Program-made: the position numbers and the translations under genes
Assembly (NCBI GenBank): GCA_038882715.1
Contig: JAVZNR010000009.1
Location: 785 to 64,784 of the forward strand
Reading direction: 5' to 3'
From: Candidatus Bathyarchaeia archaeon
GTDB taxonomy: Archaea > Thermoproteota > Bathyarchaeia > Bathyarchaeales > DTEX01
Length of the DNA stretch: 64,000 nucleotides
Shown: positions 56,138 through 64,000 of the stretch, piece by piece
Layout of the letters: each line of letters begins with the position of its first letter
Numbering within the stretch: the stretch's first letter is position 1
The notes under the pieces: generated by a model
What the model saw: only the letters and a program-made list of their open reading frames with translations
Database searches by the model: none
Told to the model about the DNA's origin: nothing

Positions 56138-57133
56138 ATGGGAGTAAAAAGATATATTGCAGGAAGAATCCTATTTGTGTTTTTCGCGGTCTGGGTAGTT
56201 GCTTCATTTAACTATATTGTTTTTTATCATATGATAGGTGATCCGGTACTTTTATTGATAAGGAAGATGCCGTTGGATGAAGAAACTATAAAGATTCTCA
56301 GAGCGAGGTGGGGTTTAGATAAACCTCCCATAGAGCAGTACTTCAGATACGTTATAAATATGTTTATGGGCGACTTCGGCTTATCTTTTAGATCCTTCAG
56401 ACCCGTTGCAGAGGAGATCTTGGAAAAGCTTCCAAATACGCTCACACTGATGGGCAGCGGCTTCGTTATCTCAACGGTACTTAAGCTTTTGATAGGTCTC
56501 AAGATAGCTTCTAGAAGAGGAAAGATGGTGGACATGACTACTCTTGGAGTGAGCCTTGGGCTTGGCGCTGTTCCCGTTTTTTGGCTTGGAATGATTTTTC
56601 TTCTGATTTTCTCCTTCGGACTGGGGCTTTTCCCATGCTATGGAACGATATCTGACCCTCCAAATAATCCAAAAGACCCAATATCCTTTATCATAGATTA
56701 TCTCTGGCATCTCACTCTTCCACTTACAACGCTCACCATAATTATGACTGGAAGCGGCTTGCTGGGAATAAGAAATCTCGTTTTGGATGCTTTATCTCAG
56801 GATTACGTTATAGCAGCCAGAGCTAAAGGAGCGCCAGAACGTTTAATACTGTACAAGCATGTTTTAAAGAATGTCGCTATTCCAGTGGTTACGGGAATAG
56901 CGGGAAGTATTGGCGCAATACTTGGCGGAGCGCCAACAACTGAAACCGTTTTTTCATGGTATGGTTTAGGCCGTTATATGGTGGAGTCGCTTAGAGAGCT
57001 TGATTGGCCGGCTGTGCAAGGATCTTTCTTCATAATGGCTATTATAACAATTTTTGGAAACTTAGCCGCCGATATAATTTACACCTTAATCGACCCAAGA
57101 GTTAGGGTAGGCGGAAAAGTTTATGGAAGTTAA
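56138..57133 (+). CDS. Opp/Dpp-type permease (DppB-like), locus 3
   Basis: Polytopic; AARAKGAPERLILYKHVLKN in the EAA region. Confidence 0.9.
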   Translation: MGVKRYIAGRILFVFFAVWVVASFNYIVFYHMIGDPVLLLIRKMPLDEETIKILRARWGLDKPPIEQYFRYVINMFMGDFGLSFRSFRPVAEEILEKLPNTLTLMGSGFVISTVLKLLIGLKIASRRGKMVDMTTLGVSLGLGAVPVFWLGMIFLLIFSFGLGLFPCYGTISDPPNNPKDPISFIIDYLWHLTLPLTTLTIIMTGSGLLGIRNLVLDALSQDYVIAARAKGAPERLILYKHVLKNVAIPVVTGIAGSIGAILGGAPTTETVFSWYGLGRYMVESLRELDWPAVQGSFFIMAIITIFGNLAADIIYTLIDPRVRVGGKVYGS

Positions 57134-58652
57134 AGAGCAGAATACTGAAGAACGAAAAGCTTTCCTAAAGAAGCAGAGCAGGAAAATAATGATTCAGCGA
57201 ATTAAAGGTTTCATTGCTGAGTATTCACACAATAAGCTCGGTGTTTTCGGCGCTTTAATTTTCGTTTTTTTCGTATTTTTAGCAACGTTCGGCCCATATA
57301 TCGCCCCGGCTGACCCCATGCAAGATATGGATCTCGCTGATCAAGTGGTTCCACCAGAATGGGTAACAGTATTCGGTGGCGAATATGTTAAGCTTCCACC
57401 TACCTTAACGTGGCATATAGTGGACGAGATTAAAAGCAGAAAAAACGCGAGCTGCACAGTTGACAATTTTATAGCGGTGAAGGACATGGATGACGGTATA
57501 TTTTTCATGTTTAAGAACGGTGTTCAAATCGAGGATTATGGCTCAATATATATTGTTAAGACATTTAGCTACGATTACAGGCCGCCGAGGACGTTTAAAA
57601 TATTTATGACGGGACAAAGTGACGGTGACTTCGAAGTCGCTTTGGAGATTTTTCTGAAGAAGCCTTCCGGCAGTGAAATCCTGCTTTGGAGTAGTAGGGA
57701 ACTAATGCCAGGGTTCAGTTCTTTATTGAAGAGAGGCTCTAAGATATCTATAGAAACTAGAGACTTCCGTTATCTAGAGTGGTTTGCGAGTAGACTAGGT
57801 ATTTTTCCCGGGCAATTTATTATACCATTCAACTCTCTGAATGAGAGCGGAACTTACGAGATGACCTTTCGCTTTCGCCTCTATGGATTAAAAGCGCTTG
57901 CCAGTTCAGGGAGAGATTTAAACCTTAAACTTAAAAATATTCAGCTTAAAATTTTGGGCTTAAAATATGGTTTGCTGGGAACGGATTTTTGGGGCAGAGA
58001 CATATTTTCTCAAATAGCTAATGCCACATGGGTTTCGCTTACAGTAGGCGTCATCGCAGCTCTGCTTTCTTCACTCATATCGTCTATTTTAGGCATAATA
58101 GCTGTTTATAAAGGTGGAGTAGTAGATGAGGTTTTAATGAGGATCGCTGATATAATAATGATTATCCCAAATTTGCCGCTCCTACTGATAATGATGGCGG
58201 TTCTTAAAGGTGACATATGGACCGTAATTACAATACTTGCAGTTATAAGGGCTCCTAGTGGAGCAAGGTCGACTAGAGCCTTCGTACTAACTTATATCAA
58301 CAGTCCATTTGTAGAGGCTGCTAAAGCTAAAGGTGCCAGCACCACCAGACTCATATTTAGATACCTCTTTCCTCCACTTCTCCCCATAATCTACGCGAAC
58401 ATAGCTTACTCGGCTCCCGCTGCGATCACTCTAGAGGCTGAGCTGAGCTACTTAGGTATAGCGACTGACCCATATAGGATAACTTGGGGGAAGATGCTGA
58501 GCTTAGCTCAAAGCGGCGGAGCATTTACAAAGTGGGCTTGGTGGTGGGTTATACCTCCCGGACTATGCATTGTTTTTCTATCTTTAGCGTTCGTTTTGAT
58601 CGGGCATGCTTTAGATGAAATAATGAATCCTAGATTAAAGAGAAGAAGGTAA
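57123..58652 (+). CDS. Opp/Dpp-type permease (DppC-like) carrying an extracytoplasmic insertion of about 210 aa, locus 3
   Basis: TM1 (res 40-58), then about 210 extra residues before the conserved LLGTDFWGRD (res 284-292). The remainder is a normal 5-TM DppC core. Confidence 0.85.
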   Translation: MEVKEQNTEERKAFLKKQSRKIMIQRIKGFIAEYSHNKLGVFGALIFVFFVFLATFGPYIAPADPMQDMDLADQVVPPEWVTVFGGEYVKLPPTLTWHIVDEIKSRKNASCTVDNFIAVKDMDDGIFFMFKNGVQIEDYGSIYIVKTFSYDYRPPRTFKIFMTGQSDGDFEVALEIFLKKPSGSEILLWSSRELMPGFSSLLKRGSKISIETRDFRYLEWFASRLGIFPGQFIIPFNSLNESGTYEMTFRFRLYGLKALASSGRDLNLKLKNIQLKILGLKYGLLGTDFWGRDIFSQIANATWVSLTVGVIAALLSSLISSILGIIAVYKGGVVDEVLMRIADIIMIIPNLPLLLIMMAVLKGDIWTVITILAVIRAPSGARSTRAFVLTYINSPFVEAAKAKGASTTRLIFRYLFPPLLPIIYANIAYSAPAAITLEAELSYLGIATDPYRITWGKMLSLAQSGGAFTKWAWWWVIPPGLCIVFLSLAFVLIGHALDEIMNPRLKRRR

Positions 58653-58655
58653 AAA

Positions 58656-59675
58656 TTAATTGAACGTTCCCTTTTCCTCTTCATCATGATATAGATAGCA
58701 TGCTACGTAATGTTCCTTGTCTACATTAATAAGGTCTGGGTGAGAATACTTACACTTTTCTTTAGCGTAACTGCATCGGTTGTAGAACCTGCAGCTGGGA
58801 GGCAAGTCTATTGGTGAGGGGATTTCATCTTTTATCGTAGGATTTCTCATTTTAATTTTTGGGTTGGGGGATGGAACAGCTTCGATCAGTGCCTTAGCGT
58901 AAGGATGTAATGGGTTATCAACCACCTCCGTTGCTTTTCCAACTTCAACTATTTTTCCAAGATACATTATGGCTATTCTGTCACTCACATATTTCGCCAT
59001 GGCTAGATCATGGGTTATAAATAGGCAGCTCATCCCCCTCTTCTCCTTCATGTCTAAAAATACGTTAAGTATCGACGCCCTCATCGACATATCTACCATT
59101 GATACAGGCTCATCAGCCACTATAAATTTAGGGTTTAAAATGAGCGCCGACGCCAATGCCACCCTCTGCCTCTGCCCACCTGAGAGTTGATGCGGGAACC
59201 GGAAGAGAAACTCTTCTGGTGGTGTTAACCCAACTTCCTCCATTACTCTCATAACTAATTCTAATCTCTCAGCCTCAGTGCTAACCACTTTATGTATTAT
59301 TAATGGTTCAGAAAGCGTTGCGTAAACATGCATCCTTGGATTCAGAGATTCGTACGGATCCTGAAATATTATCTGCGCCCTCATCCTAAATTTCTTTAAT
59401 TCATTCTTGTTTAGTGAAAGTACATCTTTTCCTTCGAACAGCACTCTGCCAAAAGTTGGCTCTATCAGCCTTAAAATCAGCCTACCAGTCGTCGTTTTAC
59501 CACAACCGCTTTCCCCTACAAGCGCCAGTATCTCTCCCTCTTTTATGTTAAATGTTACGCCGTCTACTGCGCGAAGATGTTTCTGAGGCTTTTTCTTCAG
59601 GACTTCAATAAAGCTTCTTTTAATCGGAAAATATTTGCCTAAGTTTTCCGCTCGCAATAAATCGTTGTTCATCAA
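58656..59675 (-). CDS. ABC transporter ATP-binding protein (DppF-like), locus 3
   Basis: GESGCGKTT, LSGGQRQR, IVADEPVSMVD, and C-terminal SCRFYNRC. Confidence 0.9.
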   Translation of the reverse strand: MMNNDLLRAENLGKYFPIKRSFIEVLKKKPQKHLRAVDGVTFNIKEGEILALVGESGCGKTTTGRLILRLIEPTFGRVLFEGKDVLSLNKNELKKFRMRAQIIFQDPYESLNPRMHVYATLSEPLIIHKVVSTEAERLELVMRVMEEVGLTPPEEFLFRFPHQLSGGQRQRVALASALILNPKFIVADEPVSMVDMSMRASILNVFLDMKEKRGMSCLFITHDLAMAKYVSDRIAIMYLGKIVEVGKATEVVDNPLHPYAKALIEAVPSPNPKIKMRNPTIKDEIPSPIDLPPSCRFYNRCSYAKEKCKYSHPDLINVDKEHYVACYLYHDEEEKGTFN

Positions 59676-59681
59676 GGGCGT

Positions 59682-60662
59682 CTACCCCAATTTACTTTCT
59701 ATCTCATCTGCCCTTATGCATGCAACAAAATGCTCGTTCCCGACAGGTATAAGCTTAGGCTCCATAGTCTTACATTCTTCTATCGCAAATTTACAGCGGG
59801 GGTGAAATCTACATCCTGATGGCGGATTAGATAAATCCGGTGGAGCACCAGACAACCCCTCCAACCTCCTTGGTTTACCTTTTATATCAGGCACAGCCTT
59901 TAACAATGCATAAGTATAGGGATGCCTTGGGTTTAAAAACACATTTTCTACATTTCCATACTCAACGATTTTCCCAGCATACATTATTCCAACATGGTTA
60001 ACCATTTGCGCTATAATAGAAACATCATGGGAAATTAATATTAAGGATAAATTGAATTCTTCCTGAAGCCTCTTTATTAAGTGGAGCACTCTGCTTTGAA
60101 CTAAAACATCAAGCGCTGTTGTCGGCTCATCAGCTATAACTATTTCGGGTTTAAGCGCTAAAGCCATGGCTATCACAACTCTTTGCCTCATTCCCCCACT
60201 AAGTTCAAAAGGATAGCTGTTCACCCTATTTGGATTTATACCTACCATTTCAAGCGATTCTCTAGCCCTCTCCCAAGCTTCCTCGTTTGAGCATTTTTCA
60301 TGCAGTTTTATTGCTTCCACTATTTGTTCTCCGACGGTGTAAAGCGGATTTAAAGCGTTCATTGCCCCCTGAAATATCATGCTTATCCTTTTCCATCTAA
60401 TCTCTCTCCTGAATCTAGATTCAGGGAGCCTCAAAATATTTATCCCATTCAAAATTATTTCTCCGCCTTTTATCTCCGCGTTATCTGGCAAAATCCTAAG
60501 TATTGATAAACCTAGGCTCGTTTTCCCACATCCGGATTCCCCAACTATTCCCAAGCCATCTCCCATATTCAAACTGAAAGAAACATCGTCTACGGCTCTC
60601 ACCCATCCTCCCATAGCAAGTTTATAGTGCATCACTAAGTTGTTCACTTCAAGTATTTTCAT
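59682..60662 (-). CDS. ABC transporter ATP-binding protein (DppD-like), locus 3
   Basis: GESGCGKTS, LSGGMRQR, VIADEPTTALD, and GCRFHPRC. Confidence 0.9.
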   Translation of the reverse strand: MKILEVNNLVMHYKLAMGGWVRAVDDVSFSLNMGDGLGIVGESGCGKTSLGLSILRILPDNAEIKGGEIILNGINILRLPESRFRREIRWKRISMIFQGAMNALNPLYTVGEQIVEAIKLHEKCSNEEAWERARESLEMVGINPNRVNSYPFELSGGMRQRVVIAMALALKPEIVIADEPTTALDVLVQSRVLHLIKRLQEEFNLSLILISHDVSIIAQMVNHVGIMYAGKIVEYGNVENVFLNPRHPYTYALLKAVPDIKGKPRRLEGLSGAPPDLSNPPSGCRFHPRCKFAIEECKTMEPKLIPVGNEHFVACIRADEIESKLG

Positions 60663-60827
60663 TCAAAGCAGACCTCAAGAATGTTTTCCTCTTTAAATTA
60701 TTCAATCTATTTTTACTGCTTAATTCAAGAATAAGAATTTTTCTTTTAAGCATTATTAATGCATGGAATAGGGCGGAATTAGTTTACGTGATTATTCTAT
60801 AAATGGAGAACAAGTTACTATATTTCA

Positions 60828-62009
60828 TCATAATCTAGGGTTGCGTTCAGCCTCAGATATTGCTTCAGAAAGCCTTCTTAAGGCTTCTTGAATAATTTCT
60901 TCGGTTGTCGCAAAGTTTAGTCTAAGATGCCCTTCTCCCCCCTCACCATACATGGAGCCGGCTGAGGTTCTTACTTTATATTTCTTCTCCAGCCATGAGG
61001 ATGCTTCAACATCGTTTTTAAAAAGCTTGGATACGTTTGGAAAAGCGAAGAAGGTTCCCTCAGATCTTGGACATGAAATGCTCTTAAATTTATTCAATGT
61101 GTCGCACAACATGTTTCTCATTCTCTCACAGTGATTTTTTAATGCCTCCATCCATTCATCGCACTCGTTGTAGGCGGCTGCCGCAGCCTTCTGGGCGATT
61201 ACGTCAGGGTGAATAATTATCTTCGAATTTAACGCCCTCATCTTCGCTATGATCTCTCTGCTTGCAACCACGTATCCAATTCGTAACCCAGACAGCCCGT
61301 ATGTTTTAGTGAAACCGTTCACCGTGATAGTCAGATCCTCCATGCCTGGCAGAGAAGCAATGCTAACATGTGTTCTTCCATCATAGGTAAGCGTGTCGTA
61401 AAGCTCATCTGAGAAAACATAAATTTTCCTCCGTCTAGCTATGTCCGCTAAACCTTCAAGCTCGCTTCTCGTGTAAACGGCTCCCGTAGGATTATTGGGG
61501 TTGCATATCGCTATCATTTTAGTCCGCTCAGAAATTTTCCCCTCAATTTTTTTGAGATCGATATGATAATCTTCACTGCGGGCTGGGCAAGCGATAACCT
61601 TAGCGCCGGTGGAAGCCATGTGGTTGAGTATAGGCCCATATATTGGCGTAACAATCAGGACCTCATCTCCAGGATTTAAGCAGACTTCGGAGGCAAGCCA
61701 TATCCCGTTCATCGCTCCAACTGTTGGAAGGATATTTTCCGCTTTTATGTCAACATTATTAAATCTCTTCCATCTATCCACGACGGCCTGAATGAAGTCT
61801 GGCAAACCCTCTGCAGGGCTATAGTGATATTCTCCATTCAGCACGGCATTTATTATCGCCCTTTTAACAGGTTCAGGAATATCGAAATCTATTTCAGCTA
61901 AACCTAAACTAATCCCCTCGTCATCTAGCCCACGATACTTCAATAAATGTCTTGTCCTCAATTGGTTTCTCGAAGCCCCTACTATAAGACCCCGTTCAGC
62001 GGGACCCAT
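60828..62009 (-). CDS. class I/II PLP-dependent aminotransferase (AspAT/MalY-PatB-like)
   Basis: NPNNPTG and FTKTYGLSGLRIGY (PLP Lys). AAGGAGGA Shine-Dalgarno motif 9 nt upstream. Confidence 0.85.
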   Translation of the reverse strand: MGPAERGLIVGASRNQLRTRHLLKYRGLDDEGISLGLAEIDFDIPEPVKRAIINAVLNGEYHYSPAEGLPDFIQAVVDRWKRFNNVDIKAENILPTVGAMNGIWLASEVCLNPGDEVLIVTPIYGPILNHMASTGAKVIACPARSEDYHIDLKKIEGKISERTKMIAICNPNNPTGAVYTRSELEGLADIARRRKIYVFSDELYDTLTYDGRTHVSIASLPGMEDLTITVNGFTKTYGLSGLRIGYVVASREIIAKMRALNSKIIIHPDVIAQKAAAAAYNECDEWMEALKNHCERMRNMLCDTLNKFKSISCPRSEGTFFAFPNVSKLFKNDVEASSWLEKKYKVRTSAGSMYGEGGEGHLRLNFATTEEIIQEALRRLSEAISEAERNPRL

Positions 62010-62176
62010 TTGCTAAATCCTCCTTATCAAAAATATACCTTTCAGTATTAAATCTTCTCTCATAGGAAACTGCGGCAAGCATTTCAAAATCTTCATTATT
62101 ATCGTATATTTTTAACAGTATACTCAGACAGTCTTGAAGCATAATCTCATGAAACAAATATAAGAACTGCAAGAAT

Positions 62177-64000
62177 TTAATAATAAGAATATATTTTAGT
62201 TTCACCCGTTTCCATGATATCTGTAAAGTATTGCGCGTCCCTCGCAATTAGTTTATTCTCTATTTCATCGTACACGTCTGCTTTTCTGGGAAGAAATATT
62301 TGTTTTTCACCAGGTTTAATTGTGTGAATACATATAAAGTTTCTACTAACGTAAAGTACGTCTTCTGAGTAACTGTATATGTGAACACCAGCGTAGTTAG
62401 CTATGGATCTAAGGACATTTGGCGGAATATTCGGGGCGCCAACATAAATGGATTTCCAGCCTGAAAATTCTTTGATAGCCATTCCGGGAACACACATCCC
62501 CCTATTATATATTATGGTCCCTAAGGTTATTGCCTCCGGGTCATCCACATATGGTATGGGTCCAATATTAAAGTCTGTTCCGAATAGTGTTGTGGGAGGT
62601 AGATTGCGGGTTATTGGGTGACTGAAATTCGAGATAAAAAGCTTTAGACTCCACTCTGTCCAATCGCATACGAAATTAATGCCTGTAATATCCTTCATGT
62701 TTTCAGCTTTTGTGTCCTCGTTTATTAGGCCCGAGGCAAACGTCCATACGAGAGTGTTTCCATTATGCTGCAAAAATCTTCTTATCATTTTACGCTGTTC
62801 GTCATTTAGATAAAATGCGTTTAAAAAGATGTAACACTTATATTGATCGGAAATCTTTTCTATATCCTCCAGAAGATAAATGTCGCACGGAGCCCCGATT
62901 CTAGACAACCAATATTTCTGCTCAAAAATCAGGGACCAATCCAGATTCCTGTTCATCCTCTCATATATGAAGCTTTTCTCATTCACTATCGCTGCGATTT
63001 CTCCAGCGGGAGCCCTATCTAAATTTAAGCTCTTCTCACCTATCTCAAGCATCCTCCTTATTCTCCCCATTATTTCTTTATCCTGATACGGGCCAACCCC
63101 TTCAGGTGAACACCAGTCAGCGTACCATAGGCCGCTAGAACTCGTTAGAACCCTGCCGAAGGTTCGAGTCAAAATAGATAGAGTCTCTTTCAGGTTTCTC
63201 GCCATGCCATACTTCGATCCGGGTGGAAATAGATGCGTTCTCGTATCATCCTCGATAAAATACATTTTTCCGTGGAGCCTAATTGACTCAACTATAGACA
63301 TGGGGGCTGAATCCCCGCATATCCCTCTAAAACCGTAGCAATAGGGGCTAGCTATGAAATCCACGTACGGTGAATTCAGCACTTTACTTAAAGCTAGATG
63401 TCCAGATCTTTGGTAAGCTGACGTCTCCATATTTTTGCCCTGATCGAAGTACCAGTTGCACCATGCAGCCCCTAAAAGATACCCGTAAAACACTCCTGCA
63501 AGCATCGATTTATCGCTTGCCTCTTTAACTATTTTACATAAATATAGGATGTCGTCGGCCACAAGATCTGAGAAGAACTCAAAGTAATCTATAACCCTCC
63601 TGTATCTTGTCGGGTCTCTGAATTGATAGGTATCCGCGTTCATCTGCTCCTCTGCCGTTGGAATTTCAACCTTGTTAAAGTGGGCGTAAGGATCACGCCA
63701 AGCTCTCCTAAGATTCTCAAGGCTCTTGTATTTTTTAATCAGCCAGCTTCTGAAGGCATTTTTCATTACTTCACTGTAATCTGCGGCATAATTTTCCATA
63801 GCGCTCTCCTTAACCCATTCTCCAGCATGCCCGGCGCATGGCATAATCCCTATAACCCTTGCCCCTTTCTTGCTTAATCTTAAGTGCTGAATAAGCGAGG
63901 ACAAGAATTCTGAGGAATCCTGTAACCATTTTTTTGAAGCATAAGACTGCGTTTCAGCCCTCCCATCACTATAAACCTCAAGGTCTTCAGGGTTTCTCTC
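62177..64000 (-). CDS. GH42-like beta-galactosidase family protein, partial (N-terminus beyond window end)
   Basis: The frame is open to position 64000. FRSWLIKKYKSLENLRRAWRDPYAHFNKVEIP resembles the GH42 block after the acid/base Glu. YKCYIFLNAFYLNDEQRKMIRRFLQHNGNTLVW resembles the GH42 trimerisation (GATase-like) domain. Confidence 0.55.
   Translation of the reverse strand, partial: ERNPEDLEVYSDGRAETQSYASKKWLQDSSEFLSSLIQHLRLSKKGARVIGIMPCAGHAGEWVKESAMENYAADYSEVMKNAFRSWLIKKYKSLENLRRAWRDPYAHFNKVEIPTAEEQMNADTYQFRDPTRYRRVIDYFEFFSDLVADDILYLCKIVKEASDKSMLAGVFYGYLLGAAWCNWYFDQGKNMETSAYQRSGHLALSKVLNSPYVDFIASPYCYGFRGICGDSAPMSIVESIRLHGKMYFIEDDTRTHLFPPGSKYGMARNLKETLSILTRTFGRVLTSSSGLWYADWCSPEGVGPYQDKEIMGRIRRMLEIGEKSLNLDRAPAGEIAAIVNEKSFIYERMNRNLDWSLIFEQKYWLSRIGAPCDIYLLEDIEKISDQYKCYIFLNAFYLNDEQRKMIRRFLQHNGNTLVWTFASGLINEDTKAENMKDITGINFVCDWTEWSLKLFISNFSHPITRNLPPTTLFGTDFNIGPIPYVDDPEAITLGTIIYNRGMCVPGMAIKEFSGWKSIYVGAPNIPPNVLRSIANYAGVHIYSYSEDVLYVSRNFICIHTIKPGEKQIFLPRKADVYDEIENKLIARDAQYFTDIMETGETKIYSYY

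Noticed and set aside
61996-62247. 83-aa track ORF spanning the aminotransferase/GH42 intergenic region
   Set aside because: It overlaps both flanking genes. The intergenic part holds the AAGGAGGA Shine-Dalgarno motif and promoter of the aminotransferase.
1-64000. CRISPR arrays, rRNA genes, transposases/integrases and canonical defence islands
   Set aside because: I found no regularly spaced direct repeats, no rRNA-like GC-rich structured segments, and no DDE/tyrosine-recombinase-like ORFs while reading both strands.

Overview
This window looks like a contiguous archaeal chromosome segment. Archaea-specific markers include Pus10, L21e, Rpo4/RpoF, the DUF655-KsgA block, sulfide-type Thi4, a thiolase/HMG-CoA synthase/DUF35 module, an intron-containing tRNA-Phe with a TATA box about 27 nt upstream, and GGTGA-type Shine-Dalgarno motifs. 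The exact taxon cannot be determined from the sequence alone. About 57 protein genes are tightly packed. I recognised no rRNA, CRISPR array, integrase or transposase. The content has two parts. The first is housekeeping: an information-processing operon, class II RNR, purD/purC, thi4, mevalonate entry enzymes and pncA. The second is a large carbohydrate-scavenging component: three Opp/Dpp-type ABC transporter loci with membrane-anchored binding proteins, GH5, GH4, a GH42-like gene, an AT-rich TIM-barrel glycosidase-like gene, a heparinase II/III-like protein and a DUF5107-TPR giant. The candidates I rate highest are: (1) a PurD-like ATP-grasp coupled to a HAD(EhaR-like)/Ftr-paralogue/PfkB-kinase set with no hydrogenase context; (2) a KaiC/RecA-like ATPase translationally coupled to a minimal AEP primase homologue; (3) a glycyl-radical enzyme locus whose Cys loop (GCHW) matches no characterised class I can recall; (4) two adjacent PD-(D/E)XK nuclease-like genes next to the tRNA, each broken at a G/C homopolymer; (5) several structured noncoding elements and a shared PY-TM-RRK C-terminal signature. 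All family assignments rest on motif recognition by eye. No database search was run.
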